A DNA stretch of 45,198 nt from Flavobacteriales bacterium (GCA_022361195.1 JAKSBJ010000129.1:1-45198); one strand, 5' to 3'; counted from the stretch's first letter, positions 18,748 to 27,223 are shown. The notes: generated from the letters alone by a model not told the origin. Numbers and translations: made by a program.

Positions 18748-20547
18748 TTAGTTAATCATTACCATGGCTCCTTTCAAGGTCAATTCCATTCCTGCATTGA
18801 CTTGAGCCGTTTCACTTCCTTCGGCCGAATATTGCATATCAGCCGTTTCTTTTATATTCATTCCACTGATCTCTACATCTCCTCCTGAGGCTTCTACTGT
18901 CACTCCTTGTGTTCCTTTGATGGAGACTTTTTGATCAGCTTCTATATTGATATCTTTTTCACTTTTTATAGTGATTCCACTTTCGGACATCACAATGCTG
19001 TTGTTGTTTTGATCCTGAATGGTGATTTGCTTGTCTTCATCACTCAAAATCATGGTGTTTTTAGATGGAGTTTCTATTGTAAACACCTTATTTTCATCGT
19101 CGAACTTTACTTGAATTCCGGATTTGGAAACAATAGCTTTTATGGAATTTTGTTCATTCGGATCCAATCCATCAAAAGGCTTGATATTATCACTGCTATA
19201 AAGACTTCCGAGAATAACCGGATAACGAGGATCTTCACTTAAAAAGCCCAATACAACTTCATCTCCCACTTCAGGCAAAAAGAAAGCTCCTGCTCCGGAA
19301 GTAGAATAGAAATTGGCCAAACGAGCCCAAATTCCTTCACCATTTTGGTCAAAAAGCGGAACATCCACTAAAATTCGGTACTGACTGTCCGGATCTTCAT
19401 ACATCTGCTTCACCGTTCCATTAAAAAGTCCTCTCGCCCCTGGTAATAAGCCTGCTGCTGGTGGAGCCATTACATCCGGTTCTTCTGAAAACCAAATGGA
19501 CGACATTCCTACTGTTGTTTCGGTCAACCAATTTCCTTCACTAAAATCGTGTCGAACTCCTGAAACATAATGGTCGCCATTAAAACGATCTCCCAAGCCT
19601 TGAAGGGTAACATAGGTCCCTGGATTGACTAAATTGGTCCCTTGTGTTACTGCGGTTCCAATGATTTTGGAATATTCACTCTTAATCATTTGAGCTTTGG
19701 ACCAATTGGTTAAGTCATCTGACGTTTGATAAGCTGAAGTTTGTAAGTCAAATTCAGACAATCCAACAACCTCGGATAAAGTCTTTGAAGATAAGTTTCC
19801 TGCTCCAGCTACATCGTTTGATGCTTCTCCCGAAATAATGGCTTGTGTTTTATAGTCCCAGGCTTGTGCTTTAACACTTCCTAACTGACTTACGGAATTT
19901 AAATCTCCTCTGAATTCATGTAGATTATCTCCATACTTAATAGTCAAAACTGATGAACTATTGGCATCTGGAGCCTCTACACTTACCTTTCCATCCAAGA
20001 CATTAACAATTAAGCCATTTGCTTCTGATCGCGTCAAAATAAAATCCCAATCGGTAGCATAATACTGTACCTGTTCAGGCCATTCAGTAGTTGTCGCTGT
20101 CACATCAGCGCTCAAATCTGAATAGTTCCCAATAATGGTGCTCATGATATCACTATCCTTTTGTTTGGAATACGTGAGACTTTTACGCCCCACTACCATT
20201 TTGATAGCAGCATCACGGCATTCAATCTCTAAAGCTGATCCTATCATGGGATCAACTCTTAAACTTTGTCTGGTGATTATCCCTTTAAAAATTTGTTCAT
20301 TTTTTGTGTCATAACCGGCTTCAATAACTACTTCAGCTCCTGGCACAAAGGTTTCGGAAGAACTGGCTTCAAATGTTTCCGTACTCGCATCACCATCCAA
20401 AACAACAATTTTAGCCTCTGGAATTCTATTCGTTGAGCGTTCTATTGTAATCGAATAAATGCGTGATTCGTCCGGAATGGCGCTTCCTCCAACTTTTACA
20501 GTATAGGTGGCTATTCCGCCAGTTGTTATGTTATCTGACGCTGCCAT
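18748..20547 (-). CDS. VgrG-like spike (gp27/gp5-like, Afp8-like), 599 aa, with a C-terminal beta-helix and no effector extension.
   Basis: The N-terminal gp27-like region reads YTVKVGG...ITIERSTNRIPEAKIVVLDGD. The C-terminal tract carries repetitive V/I-x-V/I-x beta-helix repeats (ITIQDQNNNSIVMSESGITIKSEKDINIEADQKVSIKGTQGVTVEASGGDVEISG). Confidence 0.75.
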   Translation of the reverse strand: MAASDNITTGGIATYTVKVGGSAIPDESRIYSITIERSTNRIPEAKIVVLDGDASTETFEASSSETFVPGAEVVIEAGYDTKNEQIFKGIITRQSLRVDPMIGSALEIECRDAAIKMVVGRKSLTYSKQKDSDIMSTIIGNYSDLSADVTATTTEWPEQVQYYATDWDFILTRSEANGLIVNVLDGKVSVEAPDANSSSVLTIKYGDNLHEFRGDLNSVSQLGSVKAQAWDYKTQAIISGEASNDVAGAGNLSSKTLSEVVGLSEFDLQTSAYQTSDDLTNWSKAQMIKSEYSKIIGTAVTQGTNLVNPGTYVTLQGLGDRFNGDHYVSGVRHDFSEGNWLTETTVGMSSIWFSEEPDVMAPPAAGLLPGARGLFNGTVKQMYEDPDSQYRILVDVPLFDQNGEGIWARLANFYSTSGAGAFFLPEVGDEVVLGFLSEDPRYPVILGSLYSSDNIKPFDGLDPNEQNSIKAIVSKSGIQVKFDDENKVFTIETPSKNTMILSDEDKQITIQDQNNNSIVMSESGITIKSEKDINIEADQKVSIKGTQGVTVEASGGDVEISGMNIKETADMQYSAEGSETAQVNAGMELTLKGAMVMIN

Positions 20548-21224
20548 TAATTTGGTTGAACAATTGGTGGAAAAATCAATTTAGTTCCTCCCATAAGGTG
20601 GCGGAACTTATTTAGGCCGTTGTATTTTGCTACCTGGATATAATAGGAATCATCATTCCAAATTTTTTGGCACAATTGAGGAAGAGTATCACCATCCACT
20701 ACATCCACCAAGTGACTCACATCTGGAGATTCCTGCCCATCTACTTTTTTAACCGTTGATGGCGATAGGTATTGACTAAAACTTAAGGATACTTTAGCTC
20801 TTAAAGGACTTCCATCAGGCTTAAAGAGCGTATAACTGGTGTCAAAAGAGGTTAATACACCTTTAAAGGTGATGTTTTTACCCCATTGAATTTTGACGAA
20901 GTTTGGACGGTGAATTTTTCCATTATAGGTAAAAACGATATTCTCAAGAGCCGTTATTTCCTTGTACATGACCGTTCGTTTGGAGTCTACTACTCCGGTA
21001 CAGTCAATAACAATATCAAAAGACAATTTATCGCTGGGAGTACTCTTGTACTTTTGAGAAGCAGAACTGGAATCGGGAGATTGTTGCTCATTGTATTCAA
21101 TGGCTCGAGTCCATTTAATGGATTCGGGGTTAATCATTACCGTGTAAGGATCACCACTAAAGGCCGATGAGAATTCCTCATCAGTATATCCCGTAATTTT
21201 CATCAATTCTAAACTCGATCCCAT
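20547..21224 (-). CDS. LysM-domain tube-initiator / baseplate hub protein (Afp7-like), 225 aa.
   Basis: The C-terminal LysM reads VDGDTLPQLCQKIWNDDSYYIQVAKYNGLNKFRHLMGGTKLIFP. It lies between the tube genes and the spike, as in Afp/PVC. Confidence 0.75.
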   Translation of the reverse strand: MGSSLELMKITGYTDEEFSSAFSGDPYTVMINPESIKWTRAIEYNEQQSPDSSSASQKYKSTPSDKLSFDIVIDCTGVVDSKRTVMYKEITALENIVFTYNGKIHRPNFVKIQWGKNITFKGVLTSFDTSYTLFKPDGSPLRAKVSLSFSQYLSPSTVKKVDGQESPDVSHLVDVVDGDTLPQLCQKIWNDDSYYIQVAKYNGLNKFRHLMGGTKLIFPPIVQPN

Positions 21225-21228
21225 TCTT

Positions 21229-21399
21229 TTATCTCTTGTGTTTTTTTCGATTCATATTTTGTGAAATCAACTTTCGGCATTCATTCACAATTTGAGTTTT
21301 TAATTGTCCCAGTTCTTTTTCAGATACTGTTCCTTCGCCATTGGACATAGAAGTCCTAACCTCCGTTCGGATGGTGATTTCTTTTATTTCTACAGGCAT
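21229..21399 (-). CDS. Small 56-aa ORF (MPVEIKEITIRTEVRTSMSNGEGTVSEKELGQLKTQIVNECRKLISQNMNRKKHKR), a positional equivalent of Afp6/Pvc6. Not in the ORF track.
   Basis: I translated it by hand. The ATG is at 21399-21397 and the TAA at 21231-21229. It fills the otherwise empty 185-nt gap between the tube and LysM genes. Afp/PVC loci carry a small ORF at this position. Confidence 0.4.
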   Translation of the reverse strand: MPVEIKEITIRTEVRTSMSNGEGTVSEKELGQLKTQIVNECRKLISQNMNRKKHKR

Positions 21400-21409
21400 A
21401 CTTTTAGCG

Positions 21410-21874
21410 TTAGTTGAATAGTTTGGACCACTTCTTTTGAGGCCCTACTTCAAAATAGGTGTAAGCCAGTTCAATGGTTTCAATCAATACACTGTTTTCT
21501 GTCGACTTAAAATCGGACAAAGCGTATTTAATTGGATAGGCATTGTGAAAAGTCCAGCTTCTGGATGGAGTTCCCTTTGCGTTGAGCAAAGAGACAGTTA
21601 CATCGTGTGGCTGAACGGCCTTTGCCAATCCCTGATCCATGGTTGTTGAACACCATCCCAATAATTGAGAGCCCTTGGTAACCACAGCTCGCTTCAGTAC
21701 TAAATTTTGACCTGAAGCAATGGTGGGAAGACGGTATTTAAAGCGATTCTCCCCACCACAGGTAACTTCTTCAACTGCCAGTTCCTTTGACAAGCCGGAC
21801 ACTTCTTGAAAAGCAGCATCCTCACCTTTAAAAGAAAGCTTGAAATAAAAGCTAACTGGATAATTAAGAGCCAT
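21410..21874 (-). CDS. Tail tube protein (gp19/Hcp-like, Afp5-like), 154 aa.
   Basis: Motifs YPVSFYFKLSF and AAFQEVSGLS are present. The size matches a tube protein. Confidence 0.8.
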   Translation of the reverse strand: MALNYPVSFYFKLSFKGEDAAFQEVSGLSKELAVEEVTCGGENRFKYRLPTIASGQNLVLKRAVVTKGSQLLGWCSTTMDQGLAKAVQPHDVTVSLLNAKGTPSRSWTFHNAYPIKYALSDFKSTENSVLIETIELAYTYFEVGPQKKWSKLFN

Positions 21875-22328
21875 TTGTTATGGTCAGTTTCTCATGAGCA
21901 ACTTCCAATGTATCTACAGCCACCTCATTTCCGTCCGACTTAAGATCAGTACTGGTAATTTTAGTTGGCCAGGCATTGTCCAATTGCCATTGCATGGTTA
22001 CTTTTCCACTTTCGTCCAATAATTTTATCAAAACAGTTCGTCGTTTGATCGTATTCATGGAAATTTCCTTGTGCCAGTTCCAAAAGGTATTGTCATTGAC
22101 AAAAACACCTCTTTTCATGGTAATGTTTCCATACTTTACTATTCCGGGCATTTTTTCTGTAGAAAATTCAGGACTATTACTTTTTCTGTACTCAATAATC
22201 TGATTTTCAACATCCATACCGGATACTTCTTGAAAAGCTACACCTTTCATTTCGGTTCCAAGATCTACTTCAAATCGGAACTTCGGCATGGGCCAGGTTG
22301 CGCCTTCTTTACTTCCGTCATCTGCCAT
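21864..22328 (-). CDS. Tail tube protein (gp19/Hcp-like, Afp1-like), 154 aa.
   Basis: Motifs PKFRFEVDLG and VAFQEVSGMD are present. It is a paralogue of the adjacent tube gene. Confidence 0.8.
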   Translation of the reverse strand: MADDGSKEGATWPMPKFRFEVDLGTEMKGVAFQEVSGMDVENQIIEYRKSNSPEFSTEKMPGIVKYGNITMKRGVFVNDNTFWNWHKEISMNTIKRRTVLIKLLDESGKVTMQWQLDNAWPTKITSTDLKSDGNEVAVDTLEVAHEKLTITNGS

Positions 22329-22371
22329 AATGGTATATTTTAATGGTTTTTATTCGTGATTAAATTTTTGA

Positions 22372-23943
22372 TTAAGATGATTTTGCCATTTGCTGTTCAA
22401 ACTCAAGAACAATAAATTCAGCCGGATGGACAACTGCTACTTTCACCGCTACTTTCATGAATCCGTTGAGAATATCATCAGAGGTCATCGTAGTCCCTAA
22501 TCCACATTGAACTGAAAAAGCATCAGCAGCAGTTGCACCTTGTAATCCACCTTCTTTCCAAATAGAAGTCAGGAAACTTGAAATCATAGACTTCACTCCT
22601 TCCCATGTATTTTTATCATTTGGCTCAAATACATAAGCATGAGCGGCTAGTTTACAGGATTGTTCTAAGAAGGTCATCGTTCGTCTAACCGGAAGGTATT
22701 TCCAGTCTAAACTATTACCGTCTAGTGTTCTTGCACCCCAAACCAAAATTCCTAATCCGTTAAAGAATCGAATGGCATTAATTGACTTTCCAGAAACAGC
22801 ATCTATATTCAAATCAGCCTGCTGACTTTCTGATAATCGAATTGGTAAACTTACCGTTCCAACAATACTCGTATTAGCCGGTGCATACCAAACTCCTTCT
22901 TGATTATCAGTAGTTGTAATAACTCCAGCCATACCTCCACTGGGAGGAAGAATATTGGCATCAGATAAAACATGCTTCACCATTTGGGAATACGTTTTAC
23001 TTGCATTAATCAATGCATTTTGTCCCTGAGTGGTAGACAATTCACCACTTTCAATTTTAGAGAAAATAGTTGCAACGCTTTGATTTGGATTATCAGCCGG
23101 ATTCAATAATGGCTCCAATTGTTTTAAATCTCCCCCAAATAAATTGGTAAAATCAATGTCACTATTTTGCATGATTGTAGTACCAATAAAAGGGTAATAA
23201 GCTGTTCCATAATTCAGACCATTGGCACCTGTACTATTTCGGAACGTCTCAATATCATTTGTATATAAAATTGGGTCTGGATCACGTCCTCCAATGATGT
23301 CAAAAATGCTGACCGCCGTTTGCATCTCTGTGCACTGTAAAAGCATTTCCTGCATCAAGGTTGCGTTATTATCAACCGACATTAAAGTTGCTTCAGGACA
23401 GATGTACATCGTTGGTTCTTGCTCGTTTTTGAGTAAAGCCAAACCGTTCATCAAATCATTCAATTGTACATTCGGATTCACAATTTGATCACCCGGAGTC
23501 ATTGGATTTTTAGAAGGATCTCCGTACGTTCCAACCGATACAATATAAGCATCTCCTCCTCCATTTTCATAAAACAGCTTAATACTGTTATAGAGATAGT
23601 AGATGGTATTAGGATCTGGAACAATCGAATAAAAATCACCATCAATTAGCATATAATCGCCTTTTTCTGGTTTACTCTTTTGTTTCACGAAATAATACTC
23701 CGGATTGTACTGTTTTGCAGGAGGTGCCGGAGGTGATGGATTCGGATAACAGAAGATTGCCTGAAACTCAGCAAAAGAGGTAATCTTTTGCGGTACATTA
23801 GTGTATGACTTTCCTTCATACATTGCCTGAGGGGTATATCCGATAAAGGCCGGAACCGCTGTGGCTACGGGAACCACTGAATTCGGAAAAGCATTTATCT
23901 CGTCGATATAAACACCCGGAGATTTAATGGTTGATAAATTCAT
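22372..23943 (-). CDS. Contractile sheath protein (single sheath gene), 523 aa.
   Basis: The N-terminus reads KSPGVYIDEINAFPNSVVPVATAVPAFIGYT. The C-terminal domain carries ILVWGARTLDG. Both are typical sheath-family signatures. Confidence 0.85.
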   Translation of the reverse strand: MNLSTIKSPGVYIDEINAFPNSVVPVATAVPAFIGYTPQAMYEGKSYTNVPQKITSFAEFQAIFCYPNPSPPAPPAKQYNPEYYFVKQKSKPEKGDYMLIDGDFYSIVPDPNTIYYLYNSIKLFYENGGGDAYIVSVGTYGDPSKNPMTPGDQIVNPNVQLNDLMNGLALLKNEQEPTMYICPEATLMSVDNNATLMQEMLLQCTEMQTAVSIFDIIGGRDPDPILYTNDIETFRNSTGANGLNYGTAYYPFIGTTIMQNSDIDFTNLFGGDLKQLEPLLNPADNPNQSVATIFSKIESGELSTTQGQNALINASKTYSQMVKHVLSDANILPPSGGMAGVITTTDNQEGVWYAPANTSIVGTVSLPIRLSESQQADLNIDAVSGKSINAIRFFNGLGILVWGARTLDGNSLDWKYLPVRRTMTFLEQSCKLAAHAYVFEPNDKNTWEGVKSMISSFLTSIWKEGGLQGATAADAFSVQCGLGTTMTSDDILNGFMKVAVKVAVVHPAEFIVLEFEQQMAKSS

Positions 23944-23973
23944 ATTTTGTTTCTGTTTATTTAGTTATTGTAT

Positions 23974-24792
23974 TTATACATAGACATACATTGGAGAAGC
24001 CAAATCACCATTGTTAGAGGCATTCTTTATCTCCAAGTTCATGGGGTCAGGATTTGGTAATGCCTGAAAAATTGTTTTCTGAATTTTTCGAGAAGCAGTC
24101 AATCTGCCTGTCCCACTTTGATTATTGACCAATTTAAACTTGTATTTGGGACGATAACTCAAAGGAATGAGGGTTAAGCCCGAACTGAATAATAAAGCTG
24201 TTTGTTTGTTGGGTAATATTACCTCTTCTGGTCCTTCAAATAAAACCTCTTCTGAACCAGTAATTTCTGGCTCAGAAAGGTCTAAAGAACTCTGATTAAT
24301 AATGTAATAGTTCCATTGCGTTTTACGAGCAGTAAAGGAAAGATCAAATATCTCCGTGCTTAAAATGTCTTTAAAATAAAGACGAATTATAGCCAACTTT
24401 GTATATTCTCCCTGTTCAAATCTCCCCTTCCCTAAATCAATTTGGCCTTCATCAACTTTAGTTCCTTCATTGCTATTAAAAACAAGACGCCCCAGTTCAT
24501 TTACCGGAACGTCAGTATATTGATAAAAGCTATTTTCTTCAGTTACTAACTCAAATACAAAGGCATTTTCACCAGTAATTTTTTCGACATATTGAAACCG
24601 ATCCTTTAGATCGCCCGAGTTTTGTGTATATAATCTAATGATATTATCTCTAAAGTATGTAACAGTGAATCCATATTTAGAAACCCATTGCTCAGTAGCT
24701 GCAGACAGCTTTAATTGAATGGGATAAGTCATCTCCAAATCAAAATAACTGTGGCTTATTTTCACCTCTGATATTTTTGTATAGCTAATCAT
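23974..24792 (-). CDS. Hypothetical protein, 272 aa, between the cap-like and sheath genes. eCIS-associated, function unknown.
   Basis: ORF-track ORF with a 4-nt overlap onto the upstream gene. No motif recognised. Confidence 0.45.
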   Translation of the reverse strand: MISYTKISEVKISHSYFDLEMTYPIQLKLSAATEQWVSKYGFTVTYFRDNIIRLYTQNSGDLKDRFQYVEKITGENAFVFELVTEENSFYQYTDVPVNELGRLVFNSNEGTKVDEGQIDLGKGRFEQGEYTKLAIIRLYFKDILSTEIFDLSFTARKTQWNYYIINQSSLDLSEPEITGSEEVLFEGPEEVILPNKQTALLFSSGLTLIPLSYRPKYKFKLVNNQSGTGRLTASRKIQKTIFQALPNPDPMNLEIKNASNNGDLASPMYVYV

Positions 24793-25364
24793 TGATTTGG
24801 TAAAACTGGATTGGATTGGTTGGTAACCGGAGCGACAAAACCTTGTGTATTTTCTGACTCAATAGTGATTAATCTCATCTTATAAATCACAGAAGGAACA
24901 TATTTCGCTCCCATTGCACTCCAAAGGTTATGCATCTCGAAATAACTGATTTTCTCTACTTCAAATTCAAGGCGATCAATTCCCTCGGGAAGATTTGAGT
25001 ACGAAGAAGAATTAACCACTGGATTTATCTGGAAAAACTGAATTCCCGAATTGAGAAACTTGAGTGTTTCTGTATAATCATCAAAACTTGAAGACACTAA
25101 TAGGTCTATATTATACCTTTCGGGCCGTCTTACATTTGAGAAGCTTCCATCCGACAAGCGTTGGTTACGTACATAAAACTGGCGATTAGTTTCCTGAGCA
25201 ATATTGATCATAGAAATGACCAACTTATTTTGATTTGGCTTGGGAACCGAACCATCGGCTTCAATAAGGTTATTGATCAACACTTTTGATTCGTTCAAAC
25301 CAAATTGATTACGTACAAACTGATCCAATGAATTGGCAGTAAACTGTAGCACTGTGTCGATCAT
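24789..25364 (-). CDS. DUF4255-like protein, candidate tube/sheath terminator cap (Afp16/Pvc16-like N-domain), 191 aa. First gene of the operon.
   Basis: It has the size and N-terminal pattern (MIDTVLQFTANSLDQFV...) of cap-family proteins that often open eCIS loci. The assignment is tentative. It is preceded by a 206-bp promoter region. Confidence 0.45.
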   Translation of the reverse strand: MIDTVLQFTANSLDQFVRNQFGLNESKVLINNLIEADGSVPKPNQNKLVISMINIAQETNRQFYVRNQRLSDGSFSNVRRPERYNIDLLVSSSFDDYTETLKFLNSGIQFFQINPVVNSSSYSNLPEGIDRLEFEVEKISYFEMHNLWSAMGAKYVPSVIYKMRLITIESENTQGFVAPVTNQSNPVLPNQ

Positions 25365-25453
25365 CTTTATATAAGGTTTACTTTCTCGTTTTGGGTTTGT
25401 GAAAAAAGTCTGATCGTAAAGTTATTAGGAAGCCATTCGGAAAAAGAATTTCA

Positions 25454-25514
25454 AAATAGACGATCCATAGACAGCTTTTTAAATGATTAAAAAAAGCATA
25501 GACAAAACATAGAC
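25454..25514 (-). promoter_or_regulatory. Candidate operator or promoter of the eCIS operon. Two pairs of direct repeats (ATAGAC / CATAGACA on the plus strand, TGTCTATG on the coding strand) sit at 25455, 25466, 25497 and 25508. Spacing is 11 bp within each pair and 42 bp between pairs.
   Basis: The repeats were read directly from the sequence. They lie 90-150 bp upstream of the first eCIS start codon and downstream of the LuxR-family gene. Confidence 0.35.
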
Positions 25515-25570
25515 ATGGCGTTTTGGGCAAAAAAACTCCCTCAAACAGAACTCTTTATAAAGGCTGGATT

Positions 25571-26497
25571 TTAGACTAGATCCGAATAGATTTCACGATT
25601 TCCTCTACTCTCCTGAATGGGAGTTGAAGTTCTTGAAGAAAAAGATTGTAAATAGTTTCTCAGGTTTTGATCCTTAGACAAGGCCATTTTCTTTTTGAGG
25701 CGGTATTTGTGCGTCCGAACACTTTCGGAATTAATGCTCAACAGACGTTTAATGTCTTCGGTAGACATATTCATCTTTAAATAGCAGCAATATTTTAAAT
25801 CACGTGAAGTAAGGCCTGGAAATTTTTGGGAGAGCCTTTCGAGGAACTGTGGATTAATACTTTCAAAATAGATTTTAAAGTCATCCCAATGTTTTTCATC
25901 CGAAGTAGACACTTTTATTGAATTCATAATGGACATCAACTCTCTGCGGGTTGATTCATCTACATTTGAAATTAAATCACTAATGCGCCTTTTTACCTGG
26001 ATTAAAGTTTGATTCCGTTTCTCAATTTCCATAACATGCCGGCTAAGATTACGACTGTAATTGGACTGTTGATCAACCAGACTACCTGCAGGAACAAATG
26101 ATTTTTGTAAGGGTTGTTCCCTTAAACGTGCGAGTTTGAGAATAGATCGGACCTTTAAACAAAAACTATGAGGCTGTTCCAAAATATCTTCTCGTTCAAA
26201 AAAGACAATATTATGATCTTCACAACGCACTGGTTGAACATGATGCATTTTATTAATACATAAAACCGGAATGCTAAATTTCCTCCAATGAACATTCAAA
26301 CCATTTAAAGCACTTTGGTTATCCTCAAAACTCATAAGAAGAAGAGAAGGCTTAATGCTTTTGGTAATGGATAATACCTCAGCATGACGACTTGCTGTGA
26401 CAAAATCAGCTTCTATTTCAGACCTTAATAATTGCATGATTGCAACTAGTTTATCTGGTCTGTCACAGCAAAGAATTATGCAGGCACGCTTTGTCAT
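25571..26497 (-). CDS. LuxR-family transcriptional regulator with a degenerate, receiver-like N-domain (atypical response regulator), 308 aa.
   Basis: The C-terminal HTH reads STEDIKRLLSINSESVRTHKYRLKKKM, which is LuxR/GerE type. The N-terminal region has a receiver-like layout, but CDRPD replaces the DD pair and LLLMSFEDN replaces the phospho-acceptor LxxD. Confidence 0.65.
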   Translation of the reverse strand: MTKRACIILCCDRPDKLVAIMQLLRSEIEADFVTASRHAEVLSITKSIKPSLLLMSFEDNQSALNGLNVHWRKFSIPVLCINKMHHVQPVRCEDHNIVFFEREDILEQPHSFCLKVRSILKLARLREQPLQKSFVPAGSLVDQQSNYSRNLSRHVMEIEKRNQTLIQVKRRISDLISNVDESTRRELMSIMNSIKVSTSDEKHWDDFKIYFESINPQFLERLSQKFPGLTSRDLKYCCYLKMNMSTEDIKRLLSINSESVRTHKYRLKKKMALSKDQNLRNYLQSFSSRTSTPIQESRGNREIYSDLV

Positions 26498-26779
26498 AAA
26501 TGAAATTCAAAGCTTGGCCACTGCAGGCATACACAGAATATAAATATCCATGATGTGAGGATTTTGGGTTAAGCCCGCTTTTCCACATCCTCTTGCCTTT
26601 TCAAAAACGGGAAACTAAGGTAGACATCGCAAATCATTATATTATAAGACTTTACACCTATTTTAAAATTATTTTTTTATGCTTTAAGACCTATGAAAGA
26701 AGGTAATAAGTAGGATAACACAAGAGAAAATGATTCTTTTAAAGAGTCAGAATCATTACAATTTCAGTACTTTTCGTTT

Positions 26780-27181
26780 ATGTCCTCTCAAGTAAGTTTA
26801 TTAGTTGGCATTGGCATTTTCGTAATCATTCTTCTTGCCCTTAAATTGGGCTTTAACAAGTTTGACAAAAGCAGAAAAGGTTCATTACATTCTGATGTAG
26901 TTGATTTCAAAACAGCTTGCAAACAAAACAATATTTTTGAGGTCAATCGTTTAGGAGCCCGAATCGTGAATAATCCTTATCTCACCCTTGAAATTTTTCG
27001 TAAAATTTTACTCGAATATAAAGACTTTAAAAAGGACCAAACTCCACCTAAGAAGGCATTAGAGAAATTCGATGATGCTATTCATACAAGACGCTTTAAT
27101 TGGGGGCTTTACGCTCATCGTTTTAAAGACCCTGAAGAATACAAAAAAGCAAAAGAGGATATTGTAAATTTTCATGAATAA
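26780..27181 (+). CDS. Hypothetical membrane-anchored protein, 133 aa, with an N-terminal transmembrane helix.
   Basis: The hydrophobic N-terminus LLVGIGIFVIILLALKLGF is the basis. No other motif. Confidence 0.4.
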   Translation: MSSQVSLLVGIGIFVIILLALKLGFNKFDKSRKGSLHSDVVDFKTACKQNNIFEVNRLGARIVNNPYLTLEIFRKILLEYKDFKKDQTPPKKALEKFDDAIHTRRFNWGLYAHRFKDPEEYKKAKEDIVNFHE

Positions 27182-27223
27182 GAAGGCACGTTATTTGTAG
27201 GTTTAATCCAAAATTGAACAGCT

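Noticed and set aside
1-25364. Alternative reading of the locus as a Bacteroidota T6SS (subtype iii) or a prophage tail
   Set aside because: A T6SS would have a TssB/TssC pair, ClpV and TssK, and no tape measure or LysM initiator. A prophage would carry capsid, portal, terminase and integrase genes. The single-AAA ATPase and the tape measure fit an eCIS.
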